Counted from the stretch's first letter, positions 49,700 to 63,412 are shown. The stretch is DNA of 64,000 bases from Octopus vulgaris (GCA_951406725.2 OX597818.1:60636001-60700000), one strand, 5' to 3'. Numbers and translations: made by a program. Notes: generated by a model from the letters alone, not told the origin.

Positions 49700-51249
49700 G
49701 TTACATATCTGTATGCGTGTGCTTATATGTGGTATATATATATGTATTTTGATACATAGTGAGGAAAAAAAGTAGCTGGATCTCCATTGGTTTCGACTGT
49801 TGTTCAGGTTTTCGATCCACTGTGCGAGCTGATCATTGAATCTGCATCTTCAAATGATTCGCGTACCTTTAAAAGAACGAGTATGACACACCGGGTAGCG
49901 AAACCGTATTTTCGAATTACAAACACAGTCCATTCCGACGGGCTTCCAAATGATTTCTGTTCACCTTATCTTACTCACATGGCTTGGAACGACCCGAGTG
50001 TATGGTAAATAACACTTAACACTTGCCCCGTGTTACTATACAGAGGGATCGAACCCAATTCCTCGTGATTAGTAAACGGACATCTAAAATATTCGGCCAT
50101 CCTATGTCCACACATACAACCATAAATAAATACATTGGCTGGAGAGATAATTTATACGACCTGCACCATGTACATTTGGGAAAAATGCAGAACAGGTAAG
50201 ACATAAATTTAAATACATGAATTTACTAAAGGAAGATCTTTTGACGAGAAAACTCATTATTTAGTGTGGATACGAGGAATATTGTAATTTGTTGCCATTC
50301 AGTGGAAGAAAGCGATCTGTCTTGCCATATCTCAAACACGTAGAAAGTTTATATGAAAAGTGGTTTTATTGCTATCTTTACATTAAAATGCCTTCTTCAA
50401 ATTTAAAATGCAAATGTATTGTCAGAACGGAACTAATGCATCTTCTACAAGCGGTCAATTGATTAACTTAAATTGGTCGACTTCACTCATAATATACAAC
50501 AAAAGAAACTCAATCATATTACAGTCCACCAATCTTGGTTTTGCTGGTTTTCGGTCGTATTTGACAAGCCAACAATTTTAGAATATGTGTGTTGATCAAT
50601 CTTCAGAAAGCACTTGTCCAGCAGCGCATGAAATGAGACCATGTTCGTACTTAATGGCTACTGCTTTCAATACTCCACAAAACTTTGCCTCATTTCAATT
50701 GAATTCTTTATTTTCTGGAATTCTTGCTTCCATAAATAACATTAATTTAACATCACAAATTCTTTCTAATAGTCTAATTACAATATTGGAGATAGGTAGA
50801 TCGATAGAGAGGAGAGAGATATATAGATAGCGAGCAAGCTAGCTAGATAGATAGGTAGATAGATATATAGAGGTTAGTAGAAAGAGATTGAAAGGTAAAA
50901 TACAGGTAAATATATGTGTGCATATGTATATATATATATATATATATGTACACACACACATATATACATATATATATACATATCTATCTATCTATCTATC
51001 TATATATATATATATATATATACATACATATATACATATATACATATATATCAATTTATTTATCTATCGATGTGTGTATGGGTGTATGTGGGGGTGTGGG
51101 GGTTTCTCTTCCGTTTTTAATTATTTGAACTCTTCCTCTGAGAAAAGAGCTGATTTCTAACAAAGATACGAATCTCCAAATCTCCATTGATAGAATGTAG
51201 ATAACAAAAACAATGTCATACTTTAAACTCGTGCATATATTTGCATATC

Positions 51250-52077
51250 TAAACGTGCTGATATGTACTTAAATGAGAAACTTCTGATAAGTTTTACAGA
51301 ATTTTACAGTTCCAATGACGGACTGGATCTGTAGTCTTCGAATTTTGTTTTCTCTTTTCTGGTTTTGAGAAGCCTAATTTCTCAAGATTGGTATTTAGGT
51401 AGGATCTTACATATCCCAGGGCCACAATAATTACAGGTAATATACCTGAACTTGTTATCTAATTATCTGCGTATCTGCAGATTTCTCAATAGTTCAGTGT
51501 AGTTATTCTCCTTTTCACTGATCTTCAGCTTTATGTTAGCATCCGCTGGGCAGCTGATCTTCACAATTGGACACAGTTTCTCCTCTCCATCCTAAATCAT
51601 TATATCAGGTCTGTCGATACTTATATTTTATTGGGATTTTCACTGGGACATTCCACAAGCACTCCTTTTTATTATGAGTAGCTATAGCTTCCACCATGTT
51701 GTGGGTTCTTACTTCTTTGTCCTCGGGGTTATCTTTTCAACGGATCTCGATATACAGTGTCCTAGCTACATCATGTCTCATAGGTAGATAATACAGTGAT
51801 GACATTTTCGGACAACTGCTTATGATGCGAGTGATATCTTCGGTGTTAACTCCACAAAGTCTGCATCGGTTGTCACATTTAACTGCTTTTCCTGCATCTC
51901 AATCCCTTTTGTGCATCGGATATTTGGTTGATACTTCCTGTTCCTGGATTGCAAACGCATGCCCTTCAAAATGGGAGCCAGTAATCTGGCTATTGGTCCG
52001 TGATAGACTGCTTTGATGATCAATGTTACGATCACCTCTGAGCTTTCTGCTAACATATCCATATACAGTCTTCTGCT
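51250..52077 (-). mobile_element. R4/Dong-like LINE 3' region (CCHC finger plus restriction-like endonuclease), decayed
   Basis: EGHAFAIQEQEVSTKY, CDNRCRLCGVNTEDITRIISSCPKM...RHD, RPDIMI, ISCPADANIKLKISEKENNYTELL and LPVIIVALG motifs. Confidence 0.85.
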
Positions 52078-52278
52078 TGTATGTATGTATGTATGTATGT
52101 ATGTATGTATGTATGTATGTATGTATGTATGTATGTATGTATGCAAGCGTGTAGGGGAGGCGCAATGGCCCAGTGGTTAGGGCAGCGGACTAGCGGTCGT
52201 AGGATCGTGGTTTCGATTCCCAGACCGGGCATTGTGAGTGTTTATTAAGTATATGTATATACATATATATATACATAT

Positions 52279-52317
<39 letters not shown>

Positions 52318-52572
52318 AATATATATATACATACATATATGAGTGTGTACATGCGTGTGTGTGTTCTGTGTTTCTCCCCACCACCATCGCATGACATCTG
52401 ATGTTGATGCGTTTGCGTCCCGTAACTTAGCTGTTCGGCGAAAAAGAACGATAGAATAAGTGCTATGCTTACAAAGAATAAGTCCTTGGGTCGATTTGCT
52501 CGATTAAAACCCTTTAAGAATAAAAGAATAAAAGAAAACACACACACACACACACATATAGAGATAATTTAT

Positions 52573-52605
<33 letters not shown>

Positions 52606-52609
52606 AAAT

Positions 52610-52969
52610 TTTATTCCTTTACTTGTTTCAGTCATTTGACTGTGGCCATTCTGTAGCACCGCCCTTTATTCGAAGAAATCAATCGCATGACTTATTCTTT
52701 GTCAGCCTGGTACTTATTCTATCGAGCTCTTCTGCCGAACCGCTAGATTACGGAGACGTAAAGACACCAACATTGGTGTCAAGCTATGGTGGGCTGGGGC
52801 GGGGGGGGGGCAAAGAAAGACACAAGACACACAAATATATATATATAAACGACAGGCTTCTTTCAGTTTCCGTCTACCAAATCCACTCAAAGGATTTGGT
52901 CAGCCCGAGGCTATAGTAGTAGCCACTTGCCCAGCGTGCCATGCAGTGGGACTGAACCCAGAACCATGT
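52610..52969 (-). mobile_element. SINE family A
   Basis: Family alignment. Confidence 0.75.
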
Positions 52970-53141
52970 GTATCACGGTATCGACCAGACTATCGGATGT
53001 TGTTTCACATCATTGGTCACAATGCGCTTCACATCGTTTTAGATTTCGAATGACGGCACCCAGCTAGCTAGGTGAGTAAGCCTTCATCCCCCTGATTGGA
53101 GACGGGGGAGGGCCTATTCTGTTGCGGTATTACCCGTTAAA

Positions 53142-53930
53142 GGCGGTGACCTGGCAGAAACGTTAGCAAGCTGGGCGAAATGCTTAGCGGTATTTCGTCT
53201 GCCGCTACGTTCTGAGTTCAAATTCCGCCGAGGTCGACTTTGCCTTTCATCCTTTCGTGGTCGATAAATTAAGTACCAGTTACGCACTGGGGTCGATATA
53301 ATCGACTTAATCCGTTTGTCTGTCCTTGTTTCTCCTCTCTGCGTTTAGCCCCTTGTGGGTAGTAAAGAAATAGGTATTTCGTCTGCCGCTACGTTCTGAG
53401 TTCAAATTTCGCCGAGGTCGACTTTGCCTTTCATCCTTTCGTGGTCGATAAATTAAGTACCAGTTACGCACTGGGGTCGATCTAATCGACTTAATCCGTG
53501 TGTTTGTTCTTGTTTGTCCTCTCTGTGTTTAGCCCCTTGTGGGTAGTAAAGAAATAGGTATTTCGTCTGGCGCTACGTTCTGAGTTCAAATTCCGCCGAG
53601 GCCGACTATGCCTTTCATCCTTTCGGGGTCGATAAATTAAGTACCAGTTACGCACTAGGGTCGATCTAATCGACTTTATCCGTGTGTTTGTTCTTGTTTG
53701 TCCTCTCTGTGTTTAGCCCCTTGTGGGTAGTAAGGAAATAGGTATTTCGTCTGCCGCTACGTTCTGAGTTCAAATTTCGCCGAGGCCGACTATGCCTTTC
53801 ATCCTTTCGTGGTCGATAAATTAAGTACCAGTTACGCACTGGGCTCGATCTAATCGACTTAATCCGTGTGTTTGTTCTTGTTTGTCCTCTCTGTGTTTAG
53901 CCCCTTGTGGGTTGTAAAGAAATAGGTATT
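53142..53930 (+). mobile_element. SINE family B tetramer (one head plus four 184-bp units)
   Basis: Units start GGTATT at 53189, 53373, 53557 and 53741; TSD GGTATTACCCGTT at 53126-53138 and 53925-53937; inserted into a family C-type SINE. Confidence 0.9.
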
Positions 53931-54502
53931 ACCCGTTTACGGCTGAGCGGACTGGAGCAACGTGAAATGCAGTGATCTGCTCACGAACACAATGCGCCTC
54001 CAGGTGGGAGAATCGAACCGATGATCCAGCGATCGGGAGTGCGATACCCTAACCAGTAGGCCACGCGCCTTCAAACACACATACACACACACACACACAC
54101 ACTGGCATATATCGGTATGAATGTGTATGTCTTTGTATAAGCAAGTCTGTGGAAATCTGAAGATGTTTCAAAATGTCTCCGATATTTAATCAGACGGTAG
54201 AGTCACACAGTTCATCATCTCTCTGAAATGATTAAGCATTAAATCAATTAAACAGTAATTAAACACATTAGTAGTTTTCTCTATTTTACTCGACTGCTCC
54301 CCCTCTTCATCTTACTCATTTTCATTTTACCCCCTTCCTTTTCTCTCTCTCTCTTTATATATACACATCTATATCTCTCCTCATCCCGAAATTCTTTCTC
54401 TCACACACTCACACGTTCTCTCTATTTACTGCTCTGTTTGTCTACTTCTCTCAGTTTCTCTCTATTCACCTCTCTATATTTTATATACTTCTTTCTCTTT
54501 AG

Positions 54503-54518
54503 GAAACCGTCTTGCTCT
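54503..54518 (+). other. Candidate 16-nt microexon
   Basis: About 200-nt pyrimidine-rich tract ending CTTTCTCTTTAG, then GAAACCGTCTTGCTCT, then GTAAGT. Confidence 0.3.
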
Positions 54519-55344
54519 GTAAGTTTCACATATTTGACAGCGTGATTAGTTGATCTTTCAGCTGACCTTCTAATGAGTTCGAACGTGTCAGCGTAGTGTT
54601 GCGGTGAAATTTATTAACTTGGCGAGATTGTCCTATCTACAGAAATTAGCGCTGCTTAATTCAAACTTGCTTAATACAAACGGAATAATTCTAAACTCTA
54701 TTTGTCTTTTGATATTTATCTTTTACCAACAAAACCATTATTTACATCTCTCTTGTTTGGTGCCACTTCAAAGATAACCTTTCAATGACTTTTTTTCCGA
54801 TTTTCGTTTTAATATTTTTCTTCGCCCCACAAAAGCCTTGTCAGATTTATTCTATTTATACTACACCTTCGTAACCAGCGGTTCCACTAAACGAGAACAA
54901 AACATCTCTTTTTCATCCCCATATTTTTTCTTACTTTTTTGGTGTTTACTTTTCTTATATTCATTAGTCCCTGACTTATTCGTCTTGACGGAAACAACAT
55001 AAAGATATATTCTTTGACAATTTGACATGTCATAAATTTATCAAGTCTGAATTCACTGAAAATAGCCCGGTTTTGTTTTTCTATTTGAAGACTGAGAAGA
55101 GAAGAAAAAGAAATCCCTTTCAAAGTTTGACTGACATTGCGAAACTTTGATCAGGGGGTTCTTTGTTTGTTCCGTGTTACCTGGGTTCCGTGTTACCAGG
55201 GTTCAAGAAATGTATGTTGCAACCAGAATAAGTGAAGGAAAAACAAAAGGAACACCCAAACACCAGCACATAATCAAAGGTAGACTTACCTATAAAAACG
55301 TACAATCAACTCAAAGGAGACGTTTTCGTGGCTGTAGCAGTTGC

Positions 55345-55401
55345 ATGTGTGCGTATGAGTGTGCGTATGTGAATGTGTGTGTGTGTGTATGTGTGTGTGT
55401 G

Positions 55402-55432
<31 letters not shown>

Positions 55433-55450
55433 ATGAGTGTGCGTGTGTAT

Positions 55451-55505
<55 letters not shown>

Positions 55506-55538
55506 TGTGAATGTGTGTGTGTGTGTGTGTGTGTGTGA

Positions 55539-55605
<67 letters not shown>

Positions 55606-55612
55606 GTGTGTG
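55345..55612. repeat. (GT)n microsatellite
   Basis: Directly visible. Confidence 0.95.
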
Positions 55613-56052
55613 TATCTTTATTTATCGTAAGGACAGTGGTTATAACTTTTGCCGAGAAACCCCACATGAGAGACGGTTGCAGTTGATGTCCACCCTGAAC
55701 TTCTACTGGTTAACGCCAATGCAAGACAAATGTTCAAAGAGCCATCATAGAAAGCGACGATGTGTTTATTTGACCAGCTAAAAGTAGTAGCCAAATCTTC
55801 CTCAAATCAATTTCCGAGAGAATTCGAAAGAAAATAATTTGATCGTTGCAACTGGAATCAATGTATTTAAACGACTGATTGGTGAGGAGTTTTGCCGCTT
55901 ATTTCGGCGGGTGGCCCCCGAAGGGCCAAAACGCGCACAAGAGTTACTTCATCCGCCTGATGTGACATTGACCCCTGCATTCAGAGACGAAGTCCAGGAG
56001 CAGTCTCGGCACACCGATCGCTGACTTGGCCCCGAACAATAACAGTAGCAGG

Positions 56053-56240
56053 TGGAAGCGCAATGGCCCAGTGGTTAGGACAGCGGACTCGCGGTCATAA
56101 GAATGCGGTTTCGATTTCCAGACCGGGCATTGTGAGTGTTTATTGAGCAAAAATACCTAAGCTCTACGAGTTTCCGACGGGAGTGGAGTGGTGAACCCCG
56201 CTGTACTCTTTCACCACAACTTTCTCACTCTTTCTTCCTA
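56053..56240 (+). mobile_element. SINE family C 5' part
   Basis: Family alignment. Confidence 0.75.
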
Positions 56241-56899
56241 CTTCTGCCACAAAGCAGAGGAACCATGGTGTAACCCACTATGGTGGGGTAAACTTTCAGA
56301 CCCTAGTCTAGATTGCGAATCCTCTGTGCCCCAGCTCTCCACCCGTTAAAATCCACCGTTTATGGAATGAGGATAACAACGTAGCTTTCGCGCCCGTGCA
56401 ACCGCCAGTCTATCGCGTGTGGTGGATGGATCTTCAAGTTGCTGCACGCATTCTTAGTAGCTTAGAGTAGGCTCGAATTAGAGATTGTTCTTTGTGGCTA
56501 ATGGTGTGAGTCCTGATTGGAAGAAGAAGACAACAGTAGCAACAACAGCAACAACAACAACAACAACAATGTGAAAGAGAAACAGTTCTGAAGAGTTATA
56601 GTTCTGCTTGTAGCGTAGCTGGGATGGCGGGGGCGGAAGTGGTTCACTCCTGGCGATCATTCAAAGGGTGCAGAAGTTTTTGATTTTAAGGTCTTCTCTG
56701 GGAAACACACGTTTTATCTACGCCACTGAGCTACAGGAGTAAAGGGTTGAACGAACTATTAAGGGTAGATTCATTGAAAAGATGTATGATGCTATGGTTA
56801 GATGAGTGGTGGGCGAGTCAATTGATTCCTAGCTTCCTAATTCGGGTGAAGAAGAGAATTTAGAGAAAAGGTATAAGAAAATAAGTGGAGTTTGGCGAG

Positions 56900-57250
56900 T
56901 GTGTGGCTGTGTGGTAAGAAGCTGGTTTCCCAACCACATGGTTCTGGGTTCAGTCCCTCTGCATGTTCCTTTGGACGAGTATCTCCTACTATAGCTTCGT
57001 TCGGGTCGGCCAAATTGCTTTGTGAGTGGATTTGGTAGGAGACTGAAAGAAACATGTTGTATATGCGTGTGCATGTGTGTGTGTGTGTGTGTGCGTGTGT
57101 GTGTGTGTGTGTGTGTTTTCTCCCCTCACCACTTGACAACCGATGCTAGTTTGTTTACGTCCCCGAGACTTAGCGGGTCGGCAAAAGAAAAAACTCTTCA
57201 AGGCAGTGCCCCAGCATAGCCGCAGTGTAATGAATGAAACAAGTAACAGA
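56900..57250 (+). mobile_element. SINE family A
   Basis: Family alignment. Confidence 0.75.
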
Positions 57251-57399
57251 AACAAAAACAAAGATAAGTTAGATTTACGTCATTGATCTGTACCCTTCTG
57301 TAAATATGGTTTTCGAAACCTCTTGCATAACTTCTATAACAACTGCACTGTGTTGGCTATGAAAATCATAAACTAAGCGCTCGGCAAAGTCAGGCTATA

Positions 57400-57695
57400 G
57401 TGATCACCGTGACCGACCAGTCTATCAGATGTTGCTACACATCGCTGGTCACTATGCGCTGCGCATTGTTTTAGCCTTCAAATGAGCCCCCCTCACCCGC
57501 TGGCTAGGCGAGCAGGCCAGCAGAAGAAAGAGTGAGAGAGAGTTGTGGCGAATGAGTACAGCAGGGATCGCCACCGCCACGCTGCCGGAGTCTCGTGGAG
57601 CTTTTGGTGTTTTCGCTCAATAAGCAGTCATAACGCCTGGTCTGGGAATCGAAACCGCGAGTCCGCTGCCCTAACCACTGGGCCATTGCGCCTCC
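57400..57695 (-). mobile_element. SINE family C, alternative-tail subfamily (also 59767-60075 plus)
   Basis: Same head as family C; tail ...GAAGGCTAAAACAATGCG...GGTCGGTCACGGTGATCAC. Confidence 0.8.
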
Positions 57696-57885
57696 GCAAG
57701 GCTATAGTATAGTATAACAAAGCACGAACAAGTAAATTTATTTCTTTAAAAAAGAAATATCGTCTGACCCATACAAGCATAGAAAAGTAGACGTCAAAAC
57801 GATTATGACGATGGCAACAATTATGGTTAATATTAAGAAGAAAATGGTATTCATTTTGTATGCTGCCGAAGTCACAATATTTTAA

Positions 57886-58266
57886 GGCGTCGGGCGAAAT
57901 GCTTTGCGGTTTTTCGTCTGCCATTACGTTCTGAATTCAAATTACGTCGAGGTCGATTTTGCCTTTCATCTTTTCGGGGTCGATAAATTAAGTACCAGTT
58001 ACACACTGGGGTCGATATAATCGGCTTAATCCGATTGTCTGTCCTTGTTTGTCCTCTCTATGTTTAGCCTCTTGTGGGTAGTAAAGAAATAGGTATTTCA
58101 TCTGCCATTACGTTCTGAGTTCAAATTCCGCCGAGGTCGACTTTGCCTTTCATCCTTTCATGGTCGATAAATTAAGTACCAGTTACACACTGAGGTCGAT
58201 GTAATGGACTTAATCTCCTTGTTTGTCCCCTCTATGTTCAGCCCTTTGTGGGCAATAAAGAAATAT
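57886..58266 (+). mobile_element. SINE family B, dimeric
   Basis: Restart at GGTATTTC. Confidence 0.8.
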
Positions 58267-59766
58267 ATATTTAAAGGAACAGAAACTAGGATGTTGTAAT
58301 GTTCATGGCTTGCCAGAAGAAACTAGAAACCTACGTGATGTGACATGGTTTCACTTGGAAATCTAAACAATCTTAGTTGCCAGGAATTTACCATTTAGTC
58401 TCTGATGTTCTTCTTCAAAAACTAAGATGTTTTGCAGTGTAATGATGTTTTCATGTTTTACAAAACACTTTAACTTTGAAACAAAATACTGGCAAGTAAT
58501 ATGGAAACTTTCCAAGAATTTTAGACCAAGATATCAAACATTTATCTAATCTGTCACTGAAATTTTATCAAAACCGTTTGAGCAGTATGTTCCTTTGTTG
58601 TCTGAGCCACCCCTCTTTCATTTAGAAAGCATCACGCATAAAAATTTCACTGATTTACATTAAACAGATAAATATCTCCCTACAACTTCTCTGCCTCCCA
58701 AGAACCATAACTCTGGATCTCCCATCGGGCCTAGTTTACTCCGTAAATCAATGTTACACACTCACGCTAACATTTAAACTTAAACCTGTTATCTCCATCT
58801 CCGTCTTTACCCTCAGACGAGAAGAGGTTGCAAAAGTTATTGTCTCTGTCTTCCATTTGCAGCTAGCTAAAATAACATTATTCACTTTGCTATTGGCAGA
58901 ATAATTTCATACTGTTATTTCCCTTTTCGGGTGATATCTGTAAATCACCGTTTCCTGATGTAAAATCATGTACGCATGTTTGCGTGTATATAGAAAGAGA
59001 TGTGTGATCGTCGTGTGTGAGGAAAAGTTTTCCTGTGCGTGTGTCCGGAAAGAGTTGCGTGTGTAAAGGAAAAGATGCGCGTGTAAGGAAATGTTTACAT
59101 GCGTGTATCTAAAAATGTTGCGTGGGTGAGGATTATACAGCAAGACGATGTCGTAAAATTAGTTATAGAGTTTTGATACTCTCTCGATGGTATCTCCTAA
59201 TAGATAATCTAATTAATTGATTAATTGTCCATCGATTGATGATTGATACCTTAACACCGACAGCAAGTTTTGACGTGTCAACTTTGATGTCGCAAAGATG
59301 ATATTAATACAATTTAATTTCAATCTTCTTACAGTCTTAGTTCAACGTCCACCGTGATAAAAATTTCTTCTTTATGTCTCAAGGGATTTCTAACAGAGCT
59401 ACCAGTAATACAAGCTGTTCGATTAACTCAATTCTCTCTTAAATAGCTTCGTAGCAAGATAAAAGTTATTGTGAGCAAATAGAACTTTGGAAAACTCTCT
59501 CCTTTTTTCCAGATCATTAAATGTTATAGCTGATGTTGGATTTAGCAAGATTTTTTATTAGTTTATGGTCGTAATAAAACATTTTTACCTTTTTACCGAG
59601 AAAGATAACTTCCATAATAGCTGATCCGAAGTTTATTCTCCTACGACACTTGTGAGCAAAGAACGATACCCTATGAAGATTGTCTCCGAGGTATGTACCA
59701 CACATCGTCATTGTTGAGGTAAATATTTAAAATTTGAAAATAAATCTATAGATATATTCATGACTG

Positions 59767-60075
59767 TGGAGGCACAATGGACCAGTGGTTAGGGCAGCGG
59801 ACTCACGGTCGTAGGATCGCAGTTTCGATTCCCAAACCGGACGTTATGAGTGTTTATTGAGCGAAAACACCTAAAGCTCCACGATCACTGGTAGGGGTGG
59901 TGGCGATCCCTGTTGTACTCTTTCGCCACAACTTTCTCTCACTCTTTGTTCTGTTTGTCTGCTCGCTTAGCCAGCGGGGTGGCGTCATTTGAAGGCTAAA
60001 ACAATTCGAAGCGCATTGTGACCAGCGATATGTAGCAAGATCTGATAGCCTGGTCGGTCACGTGGTCACGTGATT
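59767..60075 (+). mobile_element. SINE family C, alternative-tail subfamily
   Basis: Family alignment with 57400-57695. Confidence 0.8.
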
Positions 60076-60570
60076 TTCATGACTATGATCCAATTATGCT
60101 TAATCTCCGTCTTGTTTGTTGACTTTAACCGTCCTCCAGTTCAATACCATCTCCTGGCACCTTAAGAGCCTCTGGCGGAGTCTACGCAGTTGCAAGCACT
60201 CGGACCTCGTCTCCGGTTTGAGGATATTTTCTCCCTGTAGGTCTCTGAGGCCCTGTAAGGCTCTCCTGATTAAATTATGGAAAACCCATTCAAAGGCACG
60301 GGTATGACTGTGTGGTAAGAAGCTTGCTTCTCAGTACAGTGGTTCCGGGTTCAGTCTTACTGCATTGCACCTTGGGTAAATGTCTTCACTGTAGGCTCGA
60401 GCTGACGCTGACCAAAGCCTTGGCAGACGGAAACTATATATATATATATAAAGTTAATCCAAACAAGAAAACACAGAAAAAAAGAAACAGAAAACAGAAA
60501 AAAACACAGCAACGCGAGGACGTGGAACAATTAAAGTATTATTTGACGCTCAGGAAAGAAGGGAAGGAGG

Positions 60571-60605
60571 GTTTAACGTTTCGAGCGGAGCTCTTCGTCG
60601 GAAAC
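60571..60605 (-). ncRNA. Minimal type I hammerhead motif (CCGACGA variant)
   Basis: Minus strand GTTT-CCGACGA-A-GAGC/TCC/GCTC-GAA-ACGT-T-AAAC. Confidence 0.65.
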
Positions 60606-60676
60606 AAGGAGAAGGAAATATCCCGAGAAGGGAAGACAGAGGAAAAAAATATTTTTGCTGGTGGTGCTCATCAGAG

Positions 60677-60734
<58 letters not shown>

Positions 60735-60803
60735 TGAGGTGGGGTGGGGGGGGTGTAATTTTTTTAAATGTGTAGAAAATAAACAAACGAGGCACTGAAC
60801 ATT

Positions 60804-60935
60804 CCCTGATGAAAGCTGGATGGTATATCAGCCGAAACGTTGTATTAACAACAAACAAGATGAGGACAAAAAATCCGTCAAAATGTAAATAATGTAAATA
60901 ATGTACGTAATTCCTCATCTCTTAAATATAGCACT
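60804..60935 (+). mobile_element. 5'-truncated HHR-bearing tail of the 30241-30518 family
   Basis: CTGATGAAAGCTGGATGGTATATCAGCCGAAACGTTG...TCATCTCTTAAATATAGCACT. Confidence 0.7.
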
Positions 60936-61212
60936 GTACTCTGGTATAAGTGTTGGTAAGACTACGGCGCTACATGTTGTACTTGCGTGTGAACTTATAG
61001 ACATGCACTGAAGACAAAGAATTCCAGTTAATGACTTTTAAAAGATTATGTCTTGGAGGGGAGAGCGAATGTACGAATGAATACATTTGACTGTTTGACC
61101 TGTTAATTTGGAAAAAATCATTGTTTCTAGTAAATCTACAACGCCAAAGTATGACTTCTTGGTAACAAGAAAACAGTAATACGAAACATGATCCTTTCAT
61201 GTCGTGAAAGTC

Positions 61213-61246
<34 letters not shown>

Positions 61247-61316
61247 AACCACCATCACAACCACTCTCTTCCACCTTTTCATCATCATCATTGTCGTCGT
61301 CGCCGTCGTCATCATT

Positions 61317-61780
61317 ACCTATTTCTTTACTACCCACAAGGGGCTAAACACAGAGAGGACAAACAAGGACAGACAAACGGATTAAGTCAATTATATCGAC
61401 CCTAGTGCGTAACCCCGAAAGGGTGAAAGGCAAAGTCGACCTCGGCGGAATTAGAACTCAGAAAGTAACGACAGACGAAATACTGCTAAGCATTTCGCCC
61501 GGCGTGCTAACGTTTCTGCCAGCTCGCTGCCTTCAAAAATAAAGTACCTATTTCTTTACTACCCACAAGGGGCTAAACACAGAGCGGACAAACAAGAACA
61601 GACAAACGGATTAAGTCGATTATATCGACCCCAGTGCGTAACTGGTACTTATTTAATCGACCCCGAAAGGATGAAAGGCAAAGTCGACCTCGGCGGAATT
61701 TGAACTCAGAACGTAGCGGCAGACGAAGTACCGCTAAGTATTTCGGTCGGCGTGCTAACGATTCTGCCAGCTCACTGCCT
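61317..61780 (-). mobile_element. Two tandem SINE family B copies
   Basis: Family alignment. Confidence 0.85.
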
Positions 61781-62117
61781 TATCGCTGTCGTCGTCATCA
61801 TTACCATCATCATCATCAACAACAACGACCACAATAACATTACAGCCCCGAGTTCCAGGACTCGTTGGACCGGCTACTTGATTTGCATGGCGCAAAAATG
61901 CCTGAGTTCTCCCAACACCGGTACTGAACGCGTTGCCAGAGTGTCGTGAGATTATTTATTTACAGCTGAGGGGACTGGATAAAACGTGAACTTAAATGTT
62001 TTTGCTCAAAAAACCTAACGCATCACCCGGTCAGGGAGAATAGATAACCACGATGTTGTACCACATCCGAAGCACCAGGCCACATACCTTCAAAAGTCAA
62101 ATATAAGAATATTTGAA

Positions 62118-62690
62118 AGCGGCGAGCTGGCAGAAACGTTAGCACGCCGGGCGAAATGCTTGGCGGTATTTCGTATGCCGTTACGTTCTGAGTTCAAATT
62201 CCGCCGAGGTTGACTTTGCCTTTCATCCTTTAGGGGTCGATTAAATAAATACCAGTTACGCACTGGGGTCGATGTAATCGACTTAATCCGTTTGTCAGTC
62301 CTTGTTTGTCCCCTCTGTGTTTAGCCCCTTGTGGGTAGTAAACAAATAGGTATTTCGTCTGCCGCTACGTTCTGAGTTCAAATTCCACCGGGGTCGACTT
62401 TGTCTTTCATTCTTTCGGAGTCGATAAGTTAAATGCCAGTTTCGTACTAGGGTCAATCTAATCGACTGTTCCCCTCCCCAAAAGTTCAGGCCTTCTGCCT
62501 ACAGTAGAAAAGACTATTTAGTATTTCGTCTGTCTTTACGTTCTGAGTTCAAATTCCGTGGAGGTTGACTTTGCCTTTCATCCTTTCGGGGTCGATAAAT
62601 TAAGTACCAGTTGACTACTGGGGTCGATTTAATCGACTGTCTCCCTCCCCCAAAAATTTAAGTCTCTAGACATGTTATATAAAAGGAAAA
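62118..62690 (+). mobile_element. SINE family B trimer
   Basis: Restarts at GTATTTCGTCTG. Confidence 0.8.
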
Positions 62691-63129
62691 GAGAATACGA
62701 ACACTTAAGTCGCGACTCAAATCAAGATACGTAATGAATTCTGTGACGTATTTATTACGTCACACGATTCAAGTGATCCTACCATGTCACAGAAATTCTT
62801 ACTGGTTGCATATAAAGCAGGCAGTGTCCCATCAAGTGAGGAGGGGGTAACGTTTTTCAGAAGGATGTGATCAATTAGAACAAGGATTTCTCAGCCAAGG
62901 GGACACAACCCAAGATTTAGAAACCAGAGTAAAATTCACAAGAATCATGAGATCTTTTATCTCTTACTTGTTTCAGTCATTAAACTGTGGCCATGAAATC
63001 GACAACGGGATTCTTTTTTTCTTTTTTAAGGTCGGCAATTAAGACATGTACGGGTTTGTTTACATCCCCATAATTTAGCGTTTAGGTAAAGGAGATCAAT
63101 AAAATAAGTGCTAATATGTATACATAGAT

Positions 63130-63214
<85 letters not shown>

Positions 63215-63220
<6 letters not shown>

Positions 63221-63412
63221 TATATAGAAGGAGTTTCTACAGGACTAGAACTGTTTCATTCAAGAGAAATCTTCAGGAAGCTTCCTGAAGATTTCTCTTG
63301 AATGAAACAGTTCTAGTCCTGTAGAAGCTCCTTCTATATAATAAATTAATTTTACTCTGCTATGTATTGAGTACCTTATTTACTGTGGTTAACCCCGAAT
63401 CAACCCGGGACC

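Noticed and set aside
53189-53930. Regularly spaced repeats suggestive of a CRISPR array (also 10510-11405)
   Set aside because: The units are whole 184-bp or 222-bp SINE-derived repeats with no unique spacers, there are no cas genes, and the context is eukaryotic.
58930-59130. Loose ~20-bp GCGTGT/GAAA periodicity
   Set aside because: Too degenerate to define a unit; likely an old minisatellite.
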